Positions 13,621-24,657 of a stretch of DNA of 64,000 nt are shown one piece after another. Under the pieces are notes generated by a model. The model saw only the letters and a program-made list of their open reading frames with translations. It was not told the DNA's origin and did no database searches. The first letter of the stretch is position 1; every line of letters starts with the position of its first letter. The DNA comes from Chiloscyllium plagiosum. Taxonomy: Eukaryota. The stretch is from the NCBI RefSeq assembly GCF_004010195.1, contig NC_057728.1, positions 43,147,356 through 43,211,355 of the forward strand, written 5' to 3'. Made by a program: the position numbers and the translations under genes.

Positions 13621-13761
13621 GAGAGAGTTCATTTGACATCTGGCCATGAATTAGATTGGGACGAAGAGCTTTCTGCTGCTCAACCTCATGACTGTGTCCC
13701 AGTGTCTTCTGACCATCCTTTGTATATTCTCTATACATCAGGGACAACAGGGTTACCAAAG
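13621..13761 (+). CDS. ACSS3: ACSS3 exon 5 (AMP-binding P-loop)
   Basis: ttttag|GAG..AAG|gtaaga; ERVHLTSGHELDWDEELSAAQPHDCVPVSSDHPLYILYTSGTTGLPK, containing the YTSGTTGxPK signature; 141 nt. Confidence 0.97.
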
Positions 13762-14131
13762 GTAAGAAACTGCACACTCCTAACTTGATTTGGACAGTGA
13801 ACGTTTGAACAAAATGGGCTTGTAGTTACAGTGGCCAGAATTTAATGTGGGTCCTGTCCTGGAGAGAACTACACATCGCCACTTCTGCTGCCCATTTCCC
13901 CACTGGCACCACCTCGTATCCACTGTTCACCCCTAAACTCGCTGACCTACATTGGCAACTGGTTGCGTAATGCCTAGATTTTAAAACCATTTAATGTTTT
14001 TCAAGCCTCCTTCAGCCTTGCAACCCTTGGGTATTTATGCTGTCTTTATACAAGACCATCATTGGCTGTATCTTCTGCAGTTTTGGTCCTAAACTCTCAA
14101 ATTCCTTACTTTAAATGTTTCTATCTAACTA

Positions 14132-14320
14132 GTTAAAAATCACACAACACCAGGTTATAGTGCAACTGGTTTGTTTGGAAGCACTAGCTTTCTGAGCACC
14201 TGTCCTTCATCAGGTGCTCTGAAAACTAGTGCTTCCAGATAAACCTGTTGGACTATAACCTGGTGTTGTGTGATTTTTAACTTTGTACACCCCAGTCCAA
14301 CACCGGTGTCTTCAAATCAT
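14132..14320. mobile_element. palindromic short Penelope-derived element (family B)
   Basis: About 80-bp inverted arms (aaaaatcacacaacaccaggttatag..gcactag / ctagtgc..ctataacctggtgttgtgtgattttt); minus hammerhead core at 14182-14216. Confidence 0.75.
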
Positions 14321-14668
14321 GTCTATTTAGCTACCTTTCTTTCTTCAAGAATCACCTTAAATCCTATTGCTTTGACTAAGCCACCGGCCATCTACCGTAA
14401 TATCTCCCAGTATGTGCCAGGCGGCCAATGTCACATGTTATTTGGTAATGTTCCTTGAGAGCAAGACAAGCATTAGCAGGTTGTTCAACATTGTCCAAAA
14501 TCCCTACCCAGTAACAAGCTTTGTATGTGTATAGGCACACTATCCATCAGGAATAATTTGTTGATGAGCAAAAACCTTTTTTTTGTATTCTTTAGTCAAA
14601 TCATTTGCAAAATACTGGCACCATCCCAAGTTGGATCAAATGAAGTTGATTGTCATAATTTCTTTTAG

Positions 14669-14749
14669 GGAATCGTGCGTACTTCTGGTGGCTATGCAGT
14701 CATGCTAAACTGGACTATGTCAAAAGTATATGGTCTCAAGCCTGGTGAG
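14669..14749 (+). CDS. ACSS3: ACSS3 exon 6
   Basis: ttttag|GGA..GAG|gtaaag; GIVRTSGGYAVMLNWTMSKVYGLKPGE; 81 nt. Confidence 0.95.
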
Positions 14750-14837
14750 GTAAAGCTTATTATTTGTGTCAGATTTTCATGAAAACATCTTTTTGTAGTG
14801 TTTTTGTATCAATAATCTTTTGTTTTGCATCTTCCAG

Positions 14838-14933
14838 GTCTGGTGGGCAGCTTCTGATCTAGGCTGGGTAGTGGGCCATTCGTATATTTGCTATGGACCA
14901 CTCCTTCATGGCAATACAACTGTTTTGTATGAG
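14838..14933 (+). CDS. ACSS3: ACSS3 exon 7
   Basis: ttccag|GTC..GAG|gtaggt; [32 protein letters not shown]; 96 nt. Confidence 0.97.
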
Positions 14934-15214
14934 GTAGGTGAAAGATTATTGAGTACTTTTCCACAGAACAGTTTGCAGGTGTAAGCAAAATAAGCAAGTC
15001 AATGACAAAAGTCCCATTTGAGGTCTGGAATAATGAACATAGAAGACTTGGTTTTGTGATAGGCTAACCTGCCTTAGTTACTATCATGAGGAGATCACCT
15101 CTGTCTGAGTGCTGAAATTTAGAGAAGTAGATGATTAGTCAAGGTTTCCACTTCTGATACTTGGCTAGAGAATCTAATTGATATTAGATGAACACAGGAT
15201 CAGATTGGGGCCCC

Positions 15215-15455
15215 TCTTTGGTTCAGTGGTAGTGTCCATACCCTGGACTGGGAAGCCCAGGTTCAAATCCCACCTGCAGCAAAGGTGTGCATAACAACTC
15301 TGAACAGGTTGATTTGAAAAATAGGTACAGGGTCAGGTTTGAGCTCTTATGGTGCAACAGTACTATCTCTACCACTGAGCCAGGAGACCTGAGTTTGAAT
15401 TTCCTGTTCCAGAGGTAAATAATAAGACATCTGAACAGGTTGATTAATAATGTCT
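15215..15455 (+). repeat. two tandem short tRNA-like SINE units (third related copy at about 44560-44662)
   Basis: A-box-like TGGTTCAGTGG, B-box GGTTCAAATCC, shared 3' motif TGAACAGGTTGAT. Confidence 0.55.
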
Positions 15456-18400
15456 ACAAGGTGTGGTATTGCTTTGATGCATCAATAGTTGACAGGTCTG
15501 CTGATGGCCAATGTCTAGAATCTCATGTAATGGATAGCTAATTGCATGAGGTATTAGAAAGCATCCAGAGCATTTGAAGCCATATTCAACTTTTCAGAGA
15601 TGAGAGAATTTGACAAAAATGAAAGGTAAGAAGATGCCTTAACACCTCGAATTCAGTGTTGACAGCAGAGAGTTTATAAACAAACTAAAAGCTATTGTAG
15701 CTCCCAGTGCTTGTACCTTAATGGTAACGAGGGAATATGTAGGGTATACAGTTCCTCTGTAGAATGATAAAAATAGAAAATATTGTAAGTTGTCTGATGA
15801 AAGAAACAGAATTAATGCTTCAGGTTGTGACATTTTATCAGAACATTGTCCCTTTAATTCTCTATCTACTCCTACCCTGTCTGTCTTTGTCTCCAACACT
15901 CCTAATGAAGCTAATTGGAAGCCCAAGGAGCAGCCCCTGAACCTCCACTATGGCATTTTTACAGGATTCCAGACTCCACACTGAATTCAACAATTTTACA
16001 TCATAAACAATCATAAACACTGTACAAAAATAATGATTCTACTGTTGTATTTTAAACACCCTTTCGATCTTTTTCTGTATTGTTCCAGTTCTATTTTCAT
16101 TTAAGTTGTGTCACAACCCAGCTCCGAAGTTTGGAGGCAGTAGGGTCTTGAGCAAATGGTTCTAAGGTTGGGAGTAAGATATAATTCCTGAGACAATTGT
16201 GTTAAGATAAGAGAGAAGAAATCCTAAGGCGGGGTAGATGCCCTGAAGTGGCAAGAGAGTGATGAAGCCTTGACGCACTTGAAACTCAGCAATTAAATTT
16301 GTAACAAGTCAGCGATGCTAGGATTGCCGTAGGGAACACTGTACTATTGCTATAATTGAGTGTGCCCATTGGGAGTGCAGGATTTAAATCAGTTCTTCAA
16401 GTATAATAAATTGAAAATGTATCCAAAGGTGATATTGGTTTGTGAGTAAATATTTTCATATAATAAAAATACAAGATACTGGATGTGTTAAGTAGGTCAC
16501 ATTGTGGAGAAAGAGTAGATTAATTTTTCAGTTTACTGATTTTTCTTATCAGAAACAGGAGATGTTGCAGATGAATAACTAGAAGTAGGAACAGAGCCAA
16601 GGTGAAGGGAAAAGTAGAAAACAAAATGATCTCTGGTCATGTGGATGTTAGAAAATGATTAAAGAATTGACAAGGTTGTTATGGAACTCAAGGGCGAAAT
16701 TATTTAAGAGATTAGAGAAATAAAAAATGTACCTGAGTCCAGATTCACACAGCTGGATGGAAGAAAAACTGGTGAAAGAAGCATGGTTTCTGTTTGGAAG
16801 TAAAAGGCAGTTGGTATCAGGGGTGAAGAACAACCTACTGATTGGAGGTCCCCGATAAGAGATACAGTAAACTTACCTCATATTGGTTGTACCAGCAATC
16901 CAGAAAAAACAGCTGTAATTAAGGTGTAAACTTGGTAAATTTGATATTTGCTTCGGATTCCTACTGAAAATAAGTTAAGAGCAAGCCAGTCTTAAAGTTT
17001 CCAAAATTTTAAATAAAACATGCTGTTTACCAAGTAAACAGCATTGTAAATTCTGATTCTGAGATTCCTGATGACCTATCTCCCATTTCCAAATGTTCAG
17101 ATACGACCCTTCCCCAGATCTTCATCCTCTGTGACTATCAATCCACATCTTGTTTCTGATTGTGATTTGACTCTCCCCCTGCTCTGTATATACCCACATG
17201 CGCGCGCAACCACATATTTACACATATCTGAAAATGTGATTCAAATTCAGGTCAACTGTTCACTTATTTTTGACAGTTGCAGTGACTCTGTGAGCTGAAC
17301 CTCGCACTCCTCCCAATATCTGAGGCTCTCTATGGGTGTGATTAGGAGTGTTGAAGAGTGACAATACCAATTCCAAACTTGTAGCACCCTATCTACTAAA
17401 ATTGAAATTTTGATTATTGCTAAACTTTTTGATCTGTTATTTCCTATAGGAAATATTAATGGCCTAATTTGAAACTCCAGTGTAACATAATCGACTTACC
17501 TGATGAAGTTTAGATTTTGCCTGAGTAAATAATGATTACGAAGTTGTCAATTGCACCAGATAAAGGGAGTTATTTATTATCCAGATCTGTTGCAATCTAT
17601 TTTCATAGAGTATGACTTCTATGATGATTGATTCTCAGTTAATAAATTGCTGTAACAAAAGTCAAGTTACTCCTGTGGAACAGGACCTAATAAATACTTA
17701 AAAATTCCTTACATTTTGCCCTTTATTTACATTGCAATGGAATGATAACATATTGAGCACATCAGTATTCAAGTAATATCCATTTCAACAAGTTCCAAGG
17801 TACTGCTGTACCTTTAGAATGTTGATTATTCAATGCCTTTCTATGATAATTATTGAGTGACTATATAAAATAGAGGAAAGTTTTAAATTAACAAATTTGC
17901 TACAAGATTCAGCAATTTGTTGTTTTATCAGTAAATTAATTAGAACAATTTGGAATTTCCAGACAATTGATACATTTAATGATGTGTTGTTAACTTGATA
18001 ATTATATAAAAGGTGGAAGCATTTAATTGTTCTGTTCACAATCTGTGTCTTTCAAGCCATTATGGAATAATATTTCAATATCTCAATTGTGCAAGAAGGT
18101 AATAATACTATAACATAGGCAAGATATTCAGTTATGTTTTTTAATAGGGACAAACGAGACTACTTGTAAAACTTTGACCTTGCTGGAACAACAAGAACAC
18201 AGCATAAAATTGAGAATTGTAACAGCTTGTAACATTTAAAACTTAATTGTGCCATAAAACACACCTCAAAATGGATGAGTAATACATCTCCGTCAGCACG
18301 CTTCCTCGTGAGGATTTAGGGATTTAAATATTCTTATTCTAGGAAATGTAAAAATGGGAAATGTTCAAAATTCATACTCAGCAATATTACAAATTATTTA

Positions 18401-18588
18401 TACTAGTATTGAGACCAGTTAGTGATTTTATGTACTCAGTAGATTGCATCCACATGAATTCTTGGCTTCCTAATGAGACAGCTTATTATGCATTATTCAA
18501 AAGAAAATAAGAGTTTTAATTATTCCCTGGGGTAGATATTTTTTCTCAGTCCAACTGTATAATTTCAATTATCCATTCCTTTTTGCAG

Positions 18589-18740
18589 GGGAAACCTGTT
18601 GGGACCCCAAATGCTGGAGCATACTTTCGCTTATTAGCAGAACATGGAGTAGTATCTATGTTTACAGCACCAACTGCACTGAGAGCTATTCGTCAGCAAG
18701 ATTTTGAAACTAAACATGGACGATCATACCAGTTTCCAAG
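18589..18740 (+). CDS. ACSS3: ACSS3 exon 8
   Basis: ttgcag|GGG..AG|gtgacg; GKPVGTPNAGAYFRLLAEHGVVSMFTAPTALRAIRQQDFETKHGRSYQFP(R); 152 nt. Confidence 0.96.
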
Positions 18741-19113
18741 GTGACGTCTTACAGAAATTATAGGTTTTAATCCACTGTAATTCCCCTTAGAATTACCTAA
18801 TGCAGGGGTACTGGAGTTGAAATAATTCCACAAAGTCCAGTATCCCGTCACCGAGTTAACCTTTATTTACACATGCATTGTACATGATCCCGATCCATCT
18901 AGCTCAGAGCTGGCTCCTAGAGTGACCAGAACCCCAACACTTCTGGGTTTTCTTTCCTTCTTAACAGAACCTCTGACATTCCTGTTGTTCCTTTTATTAC
19001 CCCACACTACCACCCAACAGCGGTAGTGCTTATATTTTCCCCAGCAGACACTTCTGTTTATTTTTTTTTCCCCAGCACTCATGTAGTGTGTGTGCAGGTG
19101 TGACACTCCTGTT

Positions 19114-19400
19114 TTTTTTCTTGTTTTTCCACACTACCGCCTAACTGCGGTAGTGCTTATTTTTTCCCCAGCACCCATGTTGCGTGTGTGCAGGTGTGAG
19201 ACACAGTGAAAGACACAAGGTGCACAAATCTTTATTCAAATTTTCACCACCAGGAAGAAAGGAAACACCCGAGTGGCCAGTGAAGAGCAGTGCCCTTCAC
19301 ATCAAAGGGCAATGCTGTGTGATCAAACAGTGAAGGGGAGGGCAGGGATTAAATCAAAATAGAATTGGAGGGGGAAATAATACACTCCACTCCCTGCGGC
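19114..19400 (-). mobile_element. 5'-truncated poly(A) LINE, probably Tx1 clade
   Basis: Minus frame PQGVECIISPSNSILI* followed by 3'UTR and A-rich tail; flanked by GACACTCCTGTT (19102) and GACACTTCTGTT (19401). Confidence 0.7.
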
Positions 19401-19635
19401 GACACTTCTGTTTATATTCTTTTTTTAAGGATTGTGATCAATTTGGCCAGTGGTCTGGGGAGTGGGAGATGGTGAAATAACTCCACAGGGGCCAGTATCC
19501 CATTACCAAATTACTCTTTATTTACATGTAGAAAGCCCTTGACACTGATCCAGCTCCCTCAAAGCCAGCTCTCAGAGTGAACAGAACCTCAGATATTCCT
19601 GTTTATTTTTTGTTTTTTTTAACTCCTGTGTATAT

Positions 19636-19877
19636 ATTTTTTTCTTTAAATGGTGTGTGTGTGTGTGTGCAGATGTGAGACACAGTGAGAGACACAAGGT
19701 GCATGAATCTTTATTCAATTTCCACCACCAGGAAGATAGGAAAACACCCGAGTGGCCAGTGACAAGCAGTGCCCTTCACAAAAGGGCAATGCTATGTGAT
19801 CAAACAGTGAAGGGGAGGGCAGGGATTAAATCAAAATAGAGTTGGAGGGGGAAATATTGCACTCCACTCCCTGCGGC
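19636..19877 (-). mobile_element. second 5'-truncated copy of the same Tx1-like LINE
   Basis: Near-identical to about 19180-19400; followed by target copy GACACCTCTGTTTAT at 19878-19892. Confidence 0.7.
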
Positions 19878-20939
19878 GACACCTCTGTTTATAGCTGTCA
19901 GTCCCTGGATTCCCTGACTGGACCAGGCTAACAGCTCCAATCAGGAACCTCAGATTCTATGAGGTCCACCTGGCTGACCTCGTTCCAATCACTAAGTCTT
20001 GGGACGAAGGCCCATTCTTTATCCTGTAGCTTTTCCTGTGCATTTCTGCAAGACGTCTGGTTCCTCAGATACTGGCGGCGTTTATTGGACAGTATTCTGA
20101 CTCTTGGGCTAGGAGCATCTTGCAATAAATTCATCTTCAGGCAGTAACAGTATTTGCAATATCTGTTGTGTCCATCTTGTCCTCGAATGTTTCTTTGATG
20201 CTAGGCAGAGGCAGGGAACCCGTTGGTTCTGGCAGAATTGCTGGCTGTTCTGAGGGCAAATGCTTGTGAAAAGTGTGGCACTGAAAAAGCACAGCAGGTC
20301 AGGCAGCTGTTTCTTTGATGCTAGGCAGAGGCAGGGAACCCGTTGGTTCTGGCAGAATTGCTGGCTGTTCTGAGGGCAAATGCTTGTGAAAGGTGTGGCA
20401 CTGAAAAAGGCAGGTCAGGCAGCATCCGAGGAGCAGGAGAGTCGACGTTTCGAGCATAAGCCCTTCATCAGGAATTCGGCAGGGGGTTTGGGGGATGGAG
20501 AAATAGGAGCTGAGATATAAATAGGAGGGTGGCGTGAGATAGCTGGGAAGGCGATAGGTAGATGCAGGTGGGGGCTGATTGGAGGAGAGGGTGGAGCAGA
20601 CAGTGGAAGGAAGATGGACGGGTAGGATAATTCAAGAGGGTGGTTCCGAGTTGGAGGGTTGAACCTGGGATGAGGTGGGGGGTGGTGGATGAGGAAACTG
20701 ATGACCTTGGCCATGCCATGTAGTTAGAGGATCCCAAGGTGGAAGATGAGGCGATCTTCGTCCAGGTGATGGATGGCTTGGATTTGGTGGTGGAGGTGGC
20801 CCAGGGCTTGTATGTGCTTGGCGGAGTGGGAGTGTTCCAGAGATATTCCCTGAAATGTTCCACCAGTCGATGTCTTGTCTGCCCAAAGTAGAAGAGACAA
20901 CATCAAGAGCAACAGACAGAGTCAATGAAGTGTTTGAAT

Positions 20940-22334
20940 AGCAGAGGCTAACCGGGAAGACAGTAGAGCAAAAATGGCAGGAGTTTGTAGGTATAATTGA
21001 GGACATTGTACAGAGGTTCATTCCCAAGAAAAGAAAGATTAACCGGGGAGGGATTAGACAACCTTGGCTGACAAAGGAAGTCAGGAAATGTATTAAAGAA
21101 AAAGAGAGATCCTATAAAGTGGCTAAGAACAGTGGGAAATCAAAAGATTGGGAAGGATACAAAAGCAAACAGAAGATAACAAAGAGTGTAATAAGAAATG
21201 AGAGGATCAAATATGAAAGTAGGCTAGCCAGTAATATTAGAAATAATAGTAAAAGTTTCTTTCAGTACATAAGAAACAAACGACAGGCAAAAGTAGACAT
21301 TGGGCCACTTCAAACTGATGCAGGAAGCCTAGTAATGGGAGATAAGGAAATAGCAGGAGAACTTAACAAGTACTTTGCGTCAGTCTTCACAGTGGAAGAC
21401 ATGAGTAATATCACAAAAATTAAAGGGTGTCACGGGGCTGAGTTGAGTATGGTTGCCATTACGAAAGAGAGAGTGCTATAAAAGTTAAAAAGTCTTAAAA
21501 TTGATAAATCTCCTGGCCCCGATGGGATACACCCTAGAGTTCTGAGAGAGGTGGCTGAGGAAATAGCAGAGGCATTGGTTGAGATCTTTCAAGAGTCACT
21601 GGAGTCAGGAAAGGTCCCGGATGATTGGAAGATGGCCGTTGTAACCCCCTTGTTCAAGAAAGGATCAAGGCAAAAGATGGAAAATTATAGGCCAATCAGC
21701 TTAACCTCGGTTGTTGGTAAAATTCGAGAATCCATCATTAAGGATGAGNNNNNNNNNNNNNNNNNNNNNNNNNNNNNNNNNNNNNNNNNNNNNNNNNNNN
21801 NNNNNNNNNNNNNNNNNNNNNNNNNNNNNNNNNNNNNNNNNNNNNNNNNNNNNNNNNNNNNNNNNNNNNNNNNNNNNNNNNNNNNNNNNNNNNNNNNNNN
21901 NNNNNNNNNNNNNNNNNNNNNNNNNNNNNNNNNNNNNNNNNNNNNNNNNNNNNNNNNNNNNGAGACTTACAAAATAATACATGGCTTGGAAAAGGTGGAT
22001 GCTAGGAAATTGTTTCCGTTAGACGAGGAGACTAGTACCCGTGGACACAGCCTTAGAATTAGAGGGGGTCATTTCAGAACAGAAATGCGGAGATATTTCT
22101 TCAGCCAGAGAGTGGTGGGCCTGTGGTATTCATTGCCACGGAGTGCAGTGGAAGCTGGGACGCTAAATGTCTTCAAGGCCGAGATTGATAGATTCTTGTT
22201 GTCTCGAGGAATTAAGGGATACGGGGAGAACGCTGGTAAGTGGAGCTGAAATGCGCATCAGCCATGATTGAATGGCAGAGTGGACTCGATGGGCCGAATG
22301 GCCTTACTTCCACTCCTATGTCTTATGGTCTTAT
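20940..22334 (+). mobile_element. young 5'-truncated CR1 LINE (contains assembly gap)
   Basis: NYRPISLTSVVGK, TRGHSLRI, FFSQRVVGLW; tail CCTATGTCTTATGGTCTTAT; TSD GTGTTTGAAT at 20930-20939 and 22335-22344. Confidence 0.92.
21749..21961. other. assembly gap (213 N)
   Basis: Run of N. Confidence 1.
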
Positions 22335-23500
22335 GTGTTTGAATGTGCAGGAAAATCTCTGCTGAATGTGGAAGAATCCTTTGGGGTCTTGGATGAAGGT
22401 GAGGGGGGAGGTATGGGTGCAGGTTTTACACCTCTTGCAATGGCAAAGGAAGGTGCCAGGAGTGGAGGGTGGATTGGTGGAGGACGCGGCCCTAACGAGC
22501 GAGTCGCAGAGGGAATGGTCTCTGTGGAATGCAGATGGGGTGGGGAGAGAAATGTGGTGGAGTCTGATTGTAGGTAGCGGAAATACGGAAATGGTGGAGG
22601 GTTTAACGGCGGAGATGTGGGAAGCAGAGGAGATGCGTTGGAGGGCACTGTTGATCACGGGAGGGGAAATTGCGGTCTTTTAAATAGGAGGCCATGTGGA
22701 ATGGCCTGTAGTGGAATTGGTGCTCCTGGGAGCAGGTATTGTGGAGGCGAGGAATTGGGAGTAAGGGATAGCATTTTTACAGGAGGAACACTCCCACTCC
22801 GCCAAGGACATACAAGTCCTGGGCCACCTCCACCATCAAATCCAAGCCCTATCACCTGGACGAAGAATGCCTCATCTTCCGCCTTGGGACCCTCGAACTA
22901 CATGACATGGCCAAGGTCATCAGTTTCCTCATCCACCACCCCCCACCTCATCCCAAGGTCATCAGTCCAGCTTTCTGAATATGTTTTGTTCCTATCCCAT
23001 GTGCGGGTTAGCAACTTTCAGGTGGCCCTTGTGCTTGTTCAGGACAACCTCGTACCTGAACTTTGTACGTCAGGGGACCTGACCTCGCGTCGACCTTACC
23101 ACTTACTCATGGAGAGCTATTTCCATGGTTTTGGCACCAAGCACTCCCATGAAATAAATTGCCTCTCTCGCTTAGTGGAGTCTTGTGTCTGGCATTGACT
23201 GCCAAACCTTTCTGTCTGGGCATATTTTCGTTTGGCTTCAGCTAATCCAGAGGCATACACTTTGGGATGTTCCTCTCCGCTGGGCCACTGGAGAGTCAAC
23301 ACTACCCCTATACCATACAGAGAGACATCGCATATCAGCACCAGATCTTGCTTCAGATCATTGTGTTCAACACCCGCGATAGCTGCTGCTTCACTTCCCT
23401 TAAGGCTACTTTTTGGCTGCGAAACCACTTCAAAATCTGACCCCTTTTGAATAGCAGATGTAAGGATGACAGGATGGAGGCCAGGTTATGTAACAATTGT

Positions 23501-23598
23501 GCTGAAAATGTGTTGCTGGAAAAGCGTAGCAGGTCAGGCAGCATCCAAGGAGCAGGACAATCGACGTTTCGGGCATGAGCCCTTCTTCATAGACCCCC
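23501..23598 (-). mobile_element. short Penelope family A insert inside Gypsy pol
   Basis: Perfect 13-bp TSD ATGTAACAATTGT at 23488-23500 and 23599-23611. Confidence 0.85.
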
Positions 23599-24389
23599 AT
23601 GTAACAATTGTCCTTAATAATTCACCATCTCAAGGAAAGACCGAAGCTTTGGCACAGACGTGGGAGCTGGGGCACCTTTGATCACCCTCACTTTGTTTTC
23701 CAGTAGGAATCTGGTCTAAGAGACTCTGTAACCCAAGCAGATCTCTCAACGTACCTAGAAGACACATCTTTACCTCCCAAGGCATACGCCTGCCTTGGAG
23801 AAACGTTTTCAGCAATATGTCCAAGTTATCTAAATGCTCCCTATTGGTCTTCCCAGTTATTAGCGTGTCGTCCAGATAAATGGCAACCTGAGCTAGACCA
23901 TGTAAAATGTTCTTCAATGTCAGCTAGAAAATGGCACAGGATGATGATACTCCAAACAGCAGTTTTGTACATTGGGACAAACCCTTATGGGTATTAGTTG
24001 GAGAATACTTCTTGGAATCCTTATCTAACTGTGATTGCAGTATACATGGCACATGTCCAGCATCGTCAAAGCCAGCCATTCCCCCACAGCAGACTGCCCC
24101 GCCCCCCTGCCCCGCCCCACCACCACCGCCTCCGGTTACGTGTATAAATCCTCTCTGCGAGGGATTGGGAATTTATCCAGCTGTGAAAAGTGGCTTATTG
24201 TTCATTTGAAATCCCCACAAAGGTGAACTGACTTGTCAGGCTTCACCATTGATATGACCGGTGCTGCCTATTGTACTGGTTTGATGATTCCTTCACTTTC
24301 CACCCTCCTGATTTCTGTGTAAGACAAATGGCACTAGGTGGGCCTTGCAGAACCATAGAGTCACTTCCTGGTCAACGTGCAAGATGGTT

Positions 24390-24657
24390 TTGACTCAGCA
24401 AGTTTTGAGAAGATTTGTAGCTCAGGTTGTCGTTCTGGATGTAGATTTGTTAGCTGAGCTGGAAGGTTCATTTCCAGACGTTTCGTCACCCTACAAGGTA
24501 ACATCTTCAGTGCGCTTCAGGCGACGCACTGTTGGTAATTCCTGCTTTTTATTTATATGTTTGGATTTTTTTGGGTTGGTGATGTCATTTCCTGTGGTGA
24601 AGTCACTCCCTGTTCTTTTTCTCAGGGCGTTGTCGATGGGGTCTAACTCGATCTGTT
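24390..24657 (-). mobile_element. Penelope-like terminal fragment (family C) with hammerhead motif
   Basis: Minus GCA-CTGAAGA-T-GTTACC-TTGTAG-GGTGAC-GAA-ACGT-C-TG at 24513-24474; interrupts the Gypsy internal region. Confidence 0.65.

Larger units (their letters stand above)
18808..19994 (-). mobile_element. two Gypsy LTR copies (about 18808 and about 19465) interrupted by stacked LINE inserts
   Basis: Homologous blocks gaaataa(t/c)tccaca..ccagtatccc..tttatttac..agagtga(a/c)cagaac; second copy resumes at 19878 and matches the LTR at 26033-26388. Confidence 0.75.
20265..22958 (-). mobile_element. Penelope-like element (family A) with inverted terminal segment, split by a CR1
   Basis: Hammerhead at 20440-20475; GIY-YIG remnant; linker FHRDHSLCDSLV..CHCKRCKTC at 22337-22660; 22785-22958 is the reverse complement of about 20662-20838. 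Confidence 0.8.

Noticed and set aside
18963..19415. CRISPR-like repeat-spacer pattern
   Set aside because: The spacers are overlapping fragments of a single LINE 3' end with poly(A); the repeats are target duplications.
21551..22249. 232-aa ORF and other X-containing ORFs
   Set aside because: Artefacts of translating through the N gap within a CR1.
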